A stretch of DNA of 36,444 nt from Paracoccaceae bacterium (GTDB taxonomy: Bacteria; Pseudomonadota; Alphaproteobacteria; Rhodobacterales; Rhodobacteraceae): the NCBI GenBank assembly GCA_002401045.1, contig NVSA01000001.1, forward strand, positions 32,216 to 68,659, written 5' to 3'. This document shows, in pieces, positions 1-8,554 of this stretch. Every line of letters starts with the position of its first letter. Position 1 is the stretch's first letter. A program made the translations under genes and the position numbers. The notes below the pieces were generated by a model. That model saw only the letters and a program-made list of their open reading frames with translations, was not told the origin of the DNA and searched no databases.

Positions 1-512
1 GTCTTCGGCCTTTGTGCAACGTCCTTAAAGGTGATCGGCATGAAGCCCCACAGATCGACACCAACATTCACGCTGTTACGAGAGCCATACCACTTATTGT
101 GAACATAGCCAAACATTTGAAGTGCACCGCGCCGTGCGTGGTTCCACGTGATCATAGGGTAGTGGCAAAGCGTGTGGGCTTGCTTCTTCGGCCCATCCCT
201 GACCTCGGCAAGGTGTGAGACACTTTCCCACGGGAGGGCAAGCGTCGGTTTCAAGTCATGGTTGCCGACAATCAAATGGTTGCGGGCTCCGGGAAGCTGA
301 CCAAAGAGCATGTTGAGATATTCCGGGTCTTTGGCGTTTGGCCCAAATGCAAAGTCACCCAGTATCCAGAGATCATCCTCTACACCGACTCTTGAGTGAA
401 GGTTTTCTAACAACACGTCGTCCATTTGTGTGGCATGTCGAAACGGCCGTCCGCAAAAGAGAATGACGTTCTCGTGTCCGAAGTGGGTGTCTGCCGTGTA
501 CCAATGGGTCAT
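1..512 (-). CDS. Calcineurin-like metallophosphoesterase (COG4186-like), 3' end outside the window
   Basis: Hand translation from ATG at 512: MTHWYTADTHFGHENVI...LWILGDFAFG...LIVGNHD...CHYPM...FGYVH...NVGVD. It is absent from the ORF track because no stop falls inside the window. Confidence 0.88.
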   Translation of the reverse strand, partial: MTHWYTADTHFGHENVILFCGRPFRHATQMDDVLLENLHSRVGVEDDLWILGDFAFGPNAKDPEYLNMLFGQLPGARNHLIVGNHDLKPTLALPWESVSHLAEVRDGPKKQAHTLCHYPMITWNHARRGALQMFGYVHNKWYGSRNSVNVGVDLWGFMPITFKDVAQRPK

Positions 513-879
513 ATCTGTCTCGATTCAAGTTTTGTAATTGAATGCAGACAGCAAGAGCTTTCTGTGGCAGAGGCTTCGGGTTTGGGAGGCACAAAGACTC
601 AGTTGCCCGCAGGCGGGCGCTAGGTTTGTTTAAGGCGGTGTTTGAGTTTTTCTCGCAGCGTTCGCCATCAATACGCGCCGTGGTTTTAATCATCCCAAGC
701 AGGATTGGCGGCATTTGCCCTTCAGAGCCAAAATCCTTCACGGCTTTGGTGAGGTTTACCTCAACAAGGTTGCGATAGCCTTCTTCGATGTTTGCGGCAG
801 AGGGTGAATTATCGCGCATGAAGAGAAAAATGCCGCCGACCGCTAGGATGAAACACGTAAGCGCGATGAGCCATCTCAT
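373..879 (-). CDS. Hypothetical exported or membrane-anchored protein, probably truncated
   Basis: Hydrophobic N-terminus MRWLIALTCFILAVGGIFLF. The start overlaps the upstream stop (ATGA, 876-879). The tail runs out of frame over the metallophosphoesterase and is probably not genuine. Confidence 0.4.
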   Translation of the reverse strand: MRWLIALTCFILAVGGIFLFMRDNSPSAANIEEGYRNLVEVNLTKAVKDFGSEGQMPPILLGMIKTTARIDGERCEKNSNTALNKPSARLRATESLCLPNPKPLPQKALAVCIQLQNLNRDRYDPLVHGRHPLRTRERHSLLRTAVSTCHTNGRRVVRKPSLKSRCRG

Positions 880-1310
880 AGCGCAATATCTGACAATAGC
901 TCGTACCTATGCCCAGGTGAGAATGCTGGTGCTGGTTTATGTTTGGAACCACAATACCGAGCTTGGAGAACCGCTCCCCGTGCATCCGTAGCAAGATCGA
1001 ACAGTTGTCCCACTGGGCCTTCTTTAATTCCATAAGGATCTTGGTTTTCTGACAGCAGCTCGGTGGTCAACCTACGCGCTGGTTCAGTGAACAGACTGAA
1101 ATGCTTTTCACGTGACAGCGCGGTATCAAAGACGGGCAGGGAGCACCTAACAGATTTGGATAGCTCGGCGTTGCCGAGCATATCTAACGCGAATACAGTT
1201 TTGCCTGCTTGTACGTAAGATGATAACTGATCTATCCCGCGTTCGGCATCAAGACATCCCGTGAAGGGCATCACAACGGTAGGGCGCTTAGCTCTGATGC
1301 GATCCCCCAT
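876..1310 (-). pseudogene. Hypothetical protein, likely the 3' fragment of a longer gene
   Basis: Open frame ending in an ATGA overlap with the next ORF; the 5' end abuts the HTH fragment and has no convincing RBS. Confidence 0.35.
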
Positions 1311-1462
1311 TGAGGTTAGAAGCTCTCTGAAACTGACTCAACAAGAGTTGGCAGATCGGCTGGGCCGCCCACAATCTTATATCGCAAAAATTGAAACTGG
1401 AGAACGAAGGTTGGACGTTATCGAACTTGTTGAGCTTGCTGTGGCGATGGACATCCAGCCCT
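1309..1462 (+). pseudogene. XRE/Cro-C1 helix-turn-helix regulator fragment
   Basis: [47 protein letters not shown] is a typical HTH_XRE core; both natural ends appear lost. Confidence 0.75.
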
Positions 1463-1676
1463 TACAAAGGCATGAGCTTTGCAAATGCCAAAGCCATAAG
1501 CTGCGGCGCACTGAAATAGATCCGCTTGATCATATTCGCGCTTGTTGCGCGGTAGGTCACAGGCGGCTTCGAGTAATGTGGTGTCACGTATTCCTGCCGC
1601 ACCACCGTGGCGGGCAATTCGGCGATCGTGAATTATTATAGACAGCCTGTAATGGCACTCAGGTAAAGGGTGTCAT
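1463..1676 (-). pseudogene. doc: Doc/Fic family toxin remnant
   Basis: Hand translation: MTPFT*VPLQAV, then a frameshift, then [59 protein letters not shown]. It is cut in the middle of the Fic motif HxFxDGNKR. Confidence 0.85.
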
Positions 1677-1810
1677 GCCAGCGCTTGTAACAGGTCGCGG
1701 TTTTCGGCCATGGCGATTTCTGCGGTAGCAAGTACTTCAATAAGTTTTGGGTTGTGAGGAAGCAACCGAACGCCGCCATAGTCGGCGCTTGCGCCCCTAA
1801 ATAGTGTGTC
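1673..1810 (-). pseudogene. C-terminal half of an AbrB/MazE-type antitoxin of the Doc module
   Basis: DTLFRGASADYGGVRLLPHNPKLIEVLATAEIAMAENRDLLQALA*. The stop overlaps the doc ATG (ATGA, 1673-1676); there is an in-frame TAG just upstream and no start. Confidence 0.7.
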
Positions 1811-1985
1811 AGAGTGCTATCGTTGCACGTGGCCAAATGTAACGCACTGGTGTCGCAAGCCTCCGTCGGGTTCAGGCCGTCCTCTGGTTTTATTGTGCGA
1901 GCGACAGGCGCTATGCGGTGGATGTGTTCGAAAGCTAAAAACACATCGGGTTATCCATCTTCGCTGGATAACCCGAATAACCCAA

Positions 1986-2912
1986 CTACATTTCGTTAGC
2001 TTTTTTCATCTGCGTACCGATGTATTCAAAAGCAGAAACTTCGCTTTTTTCTTGGATACAGTTGAAATTGCGTCCAGGACGATTAGGTCCTTTACCAGCT
2101 GTACAGGCCAGAACTTGTTCAAACTCGTATGGAATGCCTAGCGTTGTCAGATGCTTACCTAATGTTTCGGCACGCATTTTCAACTCATCATCGTCACCCA
2201 TCGTCAAACGAATACCAATGCCATAATTCTTAATAGCAGCCGTATTTGTCGCGGCGTGATGCCAAGGGGATGAATCTAGATAATAAGAGTAGTTGCCGTT
2301 AAACATATCAGTCATACAAGATGGCATTTTTTCATCTGGGTGGATACAGGTATACCAATCATGCAAAGCACCCGCGACAGAAACCGCTGCCGCAAATTTA
2401 TCGGGATGCTTTAGCCCGTAAAGTGCCGCGCCATAACCGCCCAACCGAAGCCCCATAACGGCTCTATTAGCCCGTCCAGGTTTGGTGCGATACGTTGTAT
2501 CAACATGCGGGATCAGGTCACTGATAATGCTGGTCTCGATTGGTTTTTTGCCATCGAAACTATCTGCAAAGAATGATGACTTCATTCCGTTCGGGTAAAC
2601 AAGGATACTTGGTTCCATTTTACCTGCGGCAACGGCCTCTTGCATGAATTTTTTAGCCGACCCATTATTATCGTCACATCTTTCGGTCACTGTACATTTA
2701 AACTGTGTGTTATGTGTACGTCCCCAGCTGTGCAAAACGTAGATTACAGGGTAGGTTTTATCGCTGTTTTCATAACCCTCTGGCAAGTCGATTTCATAAT
2801 CAACCGTAATCCCAGATGCTTTTCCTTCAAAGCTTTCAGCTGTCGCTTGAGCCGCAACAGTAAACATTGCAGCCCCCGTCATTAATGCGGCAATCATCTT
2901 AATATAACGCAT
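1986..2912 (-). CDS. Secreted alpha/beta-hydrolase-fold protein (putative esterase family), catalytic Ser and His apparently absent
   Basis: Signal peptide; family motifs LPEGY..YPVIYVLH, DLIPHVDTTYRT, RAVMGLRLGGYGA and HPDKFAA. The RBS GGGAGAG favours the ATG at 2912 over 2933. Confidence 0.85.
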   Translation of the reverse strand: MRYIKMIAALMTGAAMFTVAAQATAESFEGKASGITVDYEIDLPEGYENSDKTYPVIYVLHSWGRTHNTQFKCTVTERCDDNNGSAKKFMQEAVAAGKMEPSILVYPNGMKSSFFADSFDGKKPIETSIISDLIPHVDTTYRTKPGRANRAVMGLRLGGYGAALYGLKHPDKFAAAVSVAGALHDWYTCIHPDEKMPSCMTDMFNGNYSYYLDSSPWHHAATNTAAIKNYGIGIRLTMGDDDELKMRAETLGKHLTTLGIPYEFEQVLACTAGKGPNRPGRNFNCIQEKSEVSAFEYIGTQMKKANEM

Positions 2913-3041
2913 GTATTCTCTCCCAAATTTCATTCAGTTTTATGTGGGTGCGAGTTCTAATCTTGGCATAGAACCTGCGAACATCCCGTCATAAGGATGC
3001 AAGAATATCTGCCGACTTGCTATTTCAATTTAGGGGTTTTA

Positions 3042-3058
3042 ATATCAATAAATGATAT
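3042..3058. promoter_or_regulatory. Candidate LysR-binding palindrome
   Basis: ATATCA-ataaa-TGATAT has perfect 6-bp arms, contains T-N11-A and lies between the divergent genes just upstream of the LysR start. Confidence 0.65.
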
Positions 3059-3070
3059 GGATGGTACTAT

Positions 3071-4279
3071 ATGCTTTCGGGAAAAAACTTTAATTTACGT
3101 CATCTACACGCCTATATAGAAGTCTGTGATGGGGGAAGTATTACAAAGGCGTCGGTGGCGGTTAACTTGTCTCAGCCAGCCGTTACGCATGCAATATCCA
3201 AACTGGAACTTGGGCTAGATTCCGTCCTTTTCTTTCGCAGTAGCAAAGGAATGCTTCCAAGTGACCACGGATTTATTTTTCTTAAGCGAGTCAAAAAAGC
3301 CTTAGATATTTTGGCTGAAGGGATCAATTTAGCTATAAAATCATCTAAAAACGGACGATTCGACGGTATTATTACAAATATCACGACAACGCAGCTTAAA
3401 ACATTAATTGCGATTGGCAATCAGGGCAGCTACGCAATGGCAGCGGGTGCTAATGGGACATCTCAGCCTTCACTTTTACGAACCGCAAAGGAATTGGAAC
3501 ATATTTTGGGCTTTTCGCTTTATACCAAACGTTCGCGCGGCACAGGTTTAACGACGGCGGCGCAGCATGTTAGGCGTGCCGCAAAATTAATGTTTAGAGA
3601 ATTAGATAAAGGCATAGAAGAGATTTTATCGGCAAAGGGAATTCATAATGGTCGCTTAATGATTGGCTCCCTACCTTTGTCACGAAGCCGAATTTTACCT
3701 GATGCAATAGATTTACTTTTAAATGAATTTCCAGAGGCAAAAATCGGCGTGGTTGATGGTCCATATGACGACCTGTTAACTGGCCTGCGTTTCGGGGATT
3801 TAGATATAATCATTGGCGCGATGCGCGATCCGAACCCATCCAACGACATCAAACAAATCAAATTGTTTGAGGATCATCTTGGCGTTTTTTCCCATCCAGA
3901 TTTCTACGGTACTTTATCAAAGTCTAGCTTTGAAATTTTGCAACAAAAAACGTGGATTGTTCCTAAAGTTGGAACCCCAACACGCACCTATTTTGATCAG
4001 TTCTTCCAAAATAAAGGTATGACTTCACCCGAAAAACTGATTGAAACAAGCTCGCTTATTTTATTGCGCGGGTTGCTAAAATCGAAAGATCGGCTGGCAG
4101 TTCTTTCAAGTAGCCAAGCAAAAGAAGAAGCCCGCTTGGGCACTATGAAAGAACACTCGATTAATCTACAGGATCGCCCTCGCTCAATCGGGTTTTCTAT
4201 CCTTAAGGATTGGCAGCCCACTACGATACAAAAAAGGTTTATGGAGATAATTTACAAGAAAACCTCTGTTATCAAGTGA
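3071..4279 (+). CDS. LysR family regulator with duplicated HTH (LigR/GalR/FldY-like architecture)
   Basis: 402 aa with two LysR HTHs (SITKAS..LSQPAVTHAISKLE and SYAMAA..SQPSLLRTAKELE) followed by a substrate-binding domain. Confidence 0.9.
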   Translation: MLSGKNFNLRHLHAYIEVCDGGSITKASVAVNLSQPAVTHAISKLELGLDSVLFFRSSKGMLPSDHGFIFLKRVKKALDILAEGINLAIKSSKNGRFDGIITNITTTQLKTLIAIGNQGSYAMAAGANGTSQPSLLRTAKELEHILGFSLYTKRSRGTGLTTAAQHVRRAAKLMFRELDKGIEEILSAKGIHNGRLMIGSLPLSRSRILPDAIDLLLNEFPEAKIGVVDGPYDDLLTGLRFGDLDIIIGAMRDPNPSNDIKQIKLFEDHLGVFSHPDFYGTLSKSSFEILQQKTWIVPKVGTPTRTYFDQFFQNKGMTSPEKLIETSSLILLRGLLKSKDRLAVLSSSQAKEEARLGTMKEHSINLQDRPRSIGFSILKDWQPTTIQKRFMEIIYKKTSVIK

Positions 4280-4316
4280 GTTAAGTGCCAAATACTTAAT
4301 CAAGAATTGTATCGAT

Positions 4317-4342
4317 AAAAACGGGGGACAAATTGCCCCCCG
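4317..4342 (-). terminator. Rho-independent terminator of the TRAP operon
   Basis: CGGGGG-acaaattg-CCCCCCG hairpin with a T5 tail on the minus strand, 8 bp past the dctM stop. Confidence 0.7.
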
Positions 4343-4350
4343 ACGTCACC

Positions 4351-5697
4351 TTAATAAAACAACCGTACCAAAAACATCGTGATTGACGGGAATGCGACTA
4401 AAATTGCAATCCGAACAATATCAGAGATCACAAAAGGAATTGCGCCGCGATATGTTTCACCAATCTTAACTTCCTTAGACATAGCATTGATTACAAAAAG
4501 GTTCATACCAACAGGCGGTGTAATCAGCCCGATTTCAGCAGCCATCAGCACCAGTATCCCAAACCAAATCCCAACTTCGTTTGAAGGTATACCAAAGTCC
4601 AACCCCGTAATAATTGGCACGAAAATCGGCACCGTTAAGAAAATCATAGCTAAAGAGTCCATAACCATCCCTAGAACCAAATATAGCAACAACATCCCGA
4701 TTAGAATAAACCAAGGGCTGATATCTGTATCAACAAAGTAAGCGGCAAGTGTTTGCGGAACTTTAGCACCTGATAGGAATGAGTTGAAGACACCCGCAGC
4801 TAGGATAATGAAGAAAATCATTGCTGACGTTTTACTCGTCGCAAGCAAAGATTCTCGCACAGCGGCCCAGCTCAGACCCTTCGCTAAATAGGCTACAATT
4901 GCAGTACCGGCAGCACCAACAGCGGCAGCGGCAGTTGGGCTAAATACGCCCGTATAAATACCGCCAATAACCAGACCAAAAATGACCATCACAGGCCAGA
5001 TGTCTATCAATAGCCTTATACGGCGGGCAAAATTCACACGCGGAAGCGGGTTACCAGAACCAGGCACAAAACGCGTATAGATGGAAACCGTTAGCATATA
5101 TCCGAGCATCGCAATAATGCCTGGTACAAAGGCGGCCGTAAATAATTTCTCAATATTTTCCTCGGCTAGAATGGCATAGACGACCAGAACCACAGACGGC
5201 GGGATTAGAATACCAAGTGTCCCCCCAGCGGCCAAAGCACCTGTAGAAAGAGCCCCCGAATACCCCGCACGTTTCAATTCGGGTAAAGCCACCTGGCCCA
5301 TTGAAGATGCTGTTGCAAGCGATGAACCACATACAGCGCCAAAGCCAGCCGACGCACCGATTGACGCCATTGCAAGCCCGCCACGGTAATGTCCAAGCCA
5401 TGCTTCTGCGGCCTTAAACAAGGACGACGACATGCCCCCACGCACCGCAAATTCACTCATTAACAAGAACAACGGAATGATTGACAGCGAATAACTGGTC
5501 AAAGTTGAAAACGTAAACGCCCGCAAAGCTGAATCAATCGCACGCATGTTGCCTTCGATTAGATATGTTCCAATCAAGCCAATCATAAACATTGTGGCTG
5601 CCAATGGAATGCGAAGCGCAATAACGATTAGGAGTACAGGAAACGAAAGTAGACCGATTTGAAACGGTGTAAATATAGAATTGATGGCGTCAATCAT
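4351..5697 (-). CDS. dctM: TRAP transporter large permease
   Basis: 448 aa polytopic protein with GAVCGSSLATA, GGTLGILIPPS and EIGLITPPVGMNLFVI. Confidence 0.95.
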   Translation of the reverse strand: MIDAINSIFTPFQIGLLSFPVLLIVIALRIPLAATMFMIGLIGTYLIEGNMRAIDSALRAFTFSTLTSYSLSIIPLFLLMSEFAVRGGMSSSLFKAAEAWLGHYRGGLAMASIGASAGFGAVCGSSLATASSMGQVALPELKRAGYSGALSTGALAAGGTLGILIPPSVVLVVYAILAEENIEKLFTAAFVPGIIAMLGYMLTVSIYTRFVPGSGNPLPRVNFARRIRLLIDIWPVMVIFGLVIGGIYTGVFSPTAAAAVGAAGTAIVAYLAKGLSWAAVRESLLATSKTSAMIFFIILAAGVFNSFLSGAKVPQTLAAYFVDTDISPWFILIGMLLLYLVLGMVMDSLAMIFLTVPIFVPIITGLDFGIPSNEVGIWFGILVLMAAEIGLITPPVGMNLFVINAMSKEVKIGETYRGAIPFVISDIVRIAILVAFPSITMFLVRLFY

Positions 5698-6335
5698 TGA
5701 GACGTCTCCTTTGTGGGTGTGCCCGCAAAAAGCTCACGTGCAGAACGGAAAACGCAAAACAATGCGACAATTAAAAACAATAAAATGCAGGTCTCAGCGA
5801 CCACATAAAGAGGCCATGTTTTTATACCTAATATTTGGCTTTCGGTCGCATCTTTTAATCGGTCTAGGGCTAAAGCAGGATCGGCAAGCGCAGTCTCTAG
5901 TAACGAATTTTCATTACGGCGCGCTTTGCGAAATACTTCAAACCATTGGCGAGATAAGATCAGATAAGCGATGATTGCAAATGCTACATCGCCGAGTAAA
6001 TTCAACACTCGGTTAAATGAAGTGCTGAAAAACGCTTCAAAAAGATCGATTTTCACATGACCTTTTTTATACATAATCCATGGAAGTGCTGCGAATAGTG
6101 CAAACCCAACACCGTATTGCACCAACTCTTCTTCCCCTAGAATTGGTCGGATAAAGCTCCACGTATCACTGTTGTACACATTCCCTAATGTAGCATCCAA
6201 AACACGTCGTGTTACTTTTAAAATAATACTCGTGCATGTGACAATAATTGCAAAGAACAGCCCCAGCCCACCTGTAATGGCAACACCAGCGCTGAAGCGT
6301 GCAACAAAGTTATCTGTGCGCTCAAAAAATGACAT
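5694..6335 (-). CDS. dctQ: TRAP transporter small permease
   Basis: Four TM segments, PILGEEELV and GHVKIDLF motifs, ATGA overlap with dctM. Confidence 0.9.
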   Translation of the reverse strand: MSFFERTDNFVARFSAGVAITGGLGLFFAIIVTCTSIILKVTRRVLDATLGNVYNSDTWSFIRPILGEEELVQYGVGFALFAALPWIMYKKGHVKIDLFEAFFSTSFNRVLNLLGDVAFAIIAYLILSRQWFEVFRKARRNENSLLETALADPALALDRLKDATESQILGIKTWPLYVVAETCILLFLIVALFCVFRSARELFAGTPTKETSQ

Positions 6336-6356
6336 TTTTACCCCTCCTACGTAAGT

Positions 6357-6382
6357 GCTCCGGGTAAATAAATACCCGAAGC
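6357..6382 (-). other. Intergenic stem-loop after dctP (mRNA stabiliser or attenuator)
   Basis: Minus strand GCTTCGGGTA-tttatt-TACCCGGAGC, directly after the binding-protein gene. Confidence 0.5.
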
Positions 6383-6391
6383 GTTCATCGT

Positions 6392-7411
6392 TTACCGATT
6401 TGCATCAATCAGTTCTTTTGCCTGTGCGATTGCAGCAGTACCATCGAAACCTTTTTCAGATGCCCGCTCAATCCATCTGTCATAGACAGGTTGTGAAGCC
6501 GCAACCCAACGATCAACTTCTTCTTGTGGCAAAGTGATAATGTTGTTGTCTTTGGCTACAGATTTACCAAATGCATCGGCACCAACCATGACTTCGCCTG
6601 CAAACTGAGAAAGAGCTTTACCAGTTTGATCGTCTAAAATTTTCTGTAAGTCTGCAGGCATCTCATTATAGGCATCCCAATTCATCGCCAAAATAAACGC
6701 AGAGGTATACAAAGCCTGAGAACCCGCAAATTCAGTGTGGTTTTTCACGAACTCTGCAAGTTTGATGGACGGCGTAACTTCCCAAGGAAGCGTCGCGCCA
6801 CTGATCACGCCTTTTGATAGGTTTTCTGGGATTTTTGGCAATGGCATACCAACTGGAGAAGCTCCAATTTCACCCAAGAAATCCGTCACAAGACGCGTTG
6901 GTCCACGCAGCTCCATACCTTTAACGTCTTCCAACTTGTTAATTGGTTTCTTCGAATGGATCAAACCTGGCCCATGAACCCAACCCGCCAAAACTTTAAC
7001 ATCTTGCAATTCACCTTTTTGTAAATCTGACTCGATCAAATCCCAATAAGCTTTAGATGTCGCAACTGAATCGCTCATGATAAAGGGCAACTCAAAAACT
7101 TCCGTATGACCAAAACGACCAGCCGTGTAGCCAGGTAATGTCAGAACCATTTCATCAGCACCATCAACGGCACGATCAAATAACCCCGAAGGCGCCCCCC
7201 CACGAGACATTGAATCAAAGATTTCGATCTTAATGCGCCCATCAGAAGCTTTTGCAACGTTTTCAGCAAACGGAACTAAAAACTTAGAATGCAAAGGTGC
7301 TTTTTGCCCCATAAAGTGATGCACCCGAAGTGTTACCTCTTGCGCAACACCCGCAGTACCCGCAACGACAAGAGCTGTGACCGCCACAGCGCTTTTTAAA
7401 AAACTATTCAT
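6392..7411 (-). CDS. dctP: TRAP substrate-binding protein
   Basis: Signal peptide; TLRVHHF, PGYTAGRF..EVFELPF and DVKGMELRGP motifs. Confidence 0.95.
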   Translation of the reverse strand: MNSFLKSAVAVTALVVAGTAGVAQEVTLRVHHFMGQKAPLHSKFLVPFAENVAKASDGRIKIEIFDSMSRGGAPSGLFDRAVDGADEMVLTLPGYTAGRFGHTEVFELPFIMSDSVATSKAYWDLIESDLQKGELQDVKVLAGWVHGPGLIHSKKPINKLEDVKGMELRGPTRLVTDFLGEIGASPVGMPLPKIPENLSKGVISGATLPWEVTPSIKLAEFVKNHTEFAGSQALYTSAFILAMNWDAYNEMPADLQKILDDQTGKALSQFAGEVMVGADAFGKSVAKDNNIITLPQEEVDRWVAASQPVYDRWIERASEKGFDGTAAIAQAKELIDANR

Positions 7412-7470
7412 GTATTTCTCCCAGTTTGATACTTGAAAATTAAGGTCACCCCAATGTGAGCCTTACCCAT

Positions 7471-8429
7471 CTATGTTTTTGGGGGTGTCCCGTGCGTATG
7501 GAATGTCTCAATTGTCTTGAGACCCCATGCTTGTCCCTTTTTCCGATCGGTTTCCGTCCAAACAACAGGTTGCCAATCGGGATCAAGGATTAGTCTGGAT
7601 CCAGCATTTGCCAGCTCCACGCGGTTTCCCGCAGGTTCCCAGACATATAGAAAAACGTGCCCTGCACCGCATGTTTGTGCGGACCCGTTTCAATATGAAT
7701 GCCATTTTCGAGAAATATATCGGCTGCGCGTAAAATTTCTTCGCGCGTATCCGTTGCATAAGTAACATGGTGAAGCCGTCCATGGCCGCCCCCGTGTTCT
7801 TCTGTGCACGCCAAGTCATACGTCTTATTATTTACTGTAAACCAGCACCCACCAAGACGTCCATTATCCAGCTGAATTTGCTCGGTAACCATACTGCCAA
7901 GGCAGGTAATCATGAATTCTCTAAAGGCCGTAACATCATCAGATAGCAAATTAATGTGGTCAATACGACGTGGGCAACACCCCCGCCCATGATATCGCTG
8001 AGCTAGGTTTTTAAGAGCTGGTTTTTCAGATTCTGGCGGCTCATAGCGATTGGTTTGCCAATACACTTCAAAAACATGACCAAATGGGTCTTCAAACCGA
8101 AACGCAGACCCATGCCCTAGATCGCCCTCAGTCCACCCGTGAATTTTATAATCTGACGCTTCAATCGCCGCAACACGTCGCGCCAAAGCTTCCGCCGAAG
8201 CACACCGGTACCCAATATGTGCAACACCGGTCGTATCTGCGCGCGTTAACTTTAAGGAATGATATTCGTAGTCGTCGTATGCCCGTAAATACACGCTATC
8301 GGCATCTCGACCTGTTTCGGTCAAGCCATATACACGTACAAAAAAATCAAGGCTTTCTTCAAAACGGTCTGTCAACAGCTCAACATGACCCAAATGTGCG
8401 ACGTCATTTATCATTATTAAAGATTCCAC
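7471..8429 (-). pseudogene. xylE: Catechol 2,3-dioxygenase (extradiol, VOC fold) with a 1-nt frameshift
   Basis: AHLGHVELLT, RIDHINL, RLHHV and GPHKHAVQGTFF. The conserved tail LYVWEPAGNRVELANAGSRLILDPDWQPVVW...HGTPPKT* continues in another frame to a TAG at 7471-7473. Confidence 0.9.
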
Positions 8430-8457
8430 CCCAGCTAATTCTCATTTCAACACCTAT

Positions 8458-8470
8458 AATGTATACAATT
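8458..8470. promoter_or_regulatory. Candidate GntR operator
   Basis: Palindrome TGTATACA (8460-8467) between divergent xylE and gntR; a weaker TTGCATAC copy lies near 8520. Confidence 0.5.
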
Positions 8471-8554
8471 TTAAAAATAAAGTACTCATTTATGAAGAAT
8501 ATGTTCACAGATAACTTTATTGCATACCCAAGCCAGTTTGAGTAAATTCAAGGT

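Noticed and set aside
1261-1641. 126-aa ORF as an intact regulator
   Set aside because: Only about 1309-1462 is HTH; the remainder is the antisense of the doc remnant.
1636-1944. 102-aa minus-strand ORF
   Set aside because: An off-frame overlay of the antitoxin/doc remnants with no recognisable motif.
8084-8545. 153-aa plus-strand ORF
   Set aside because: Antisense shadow of the dioxygenase and its promoter region.
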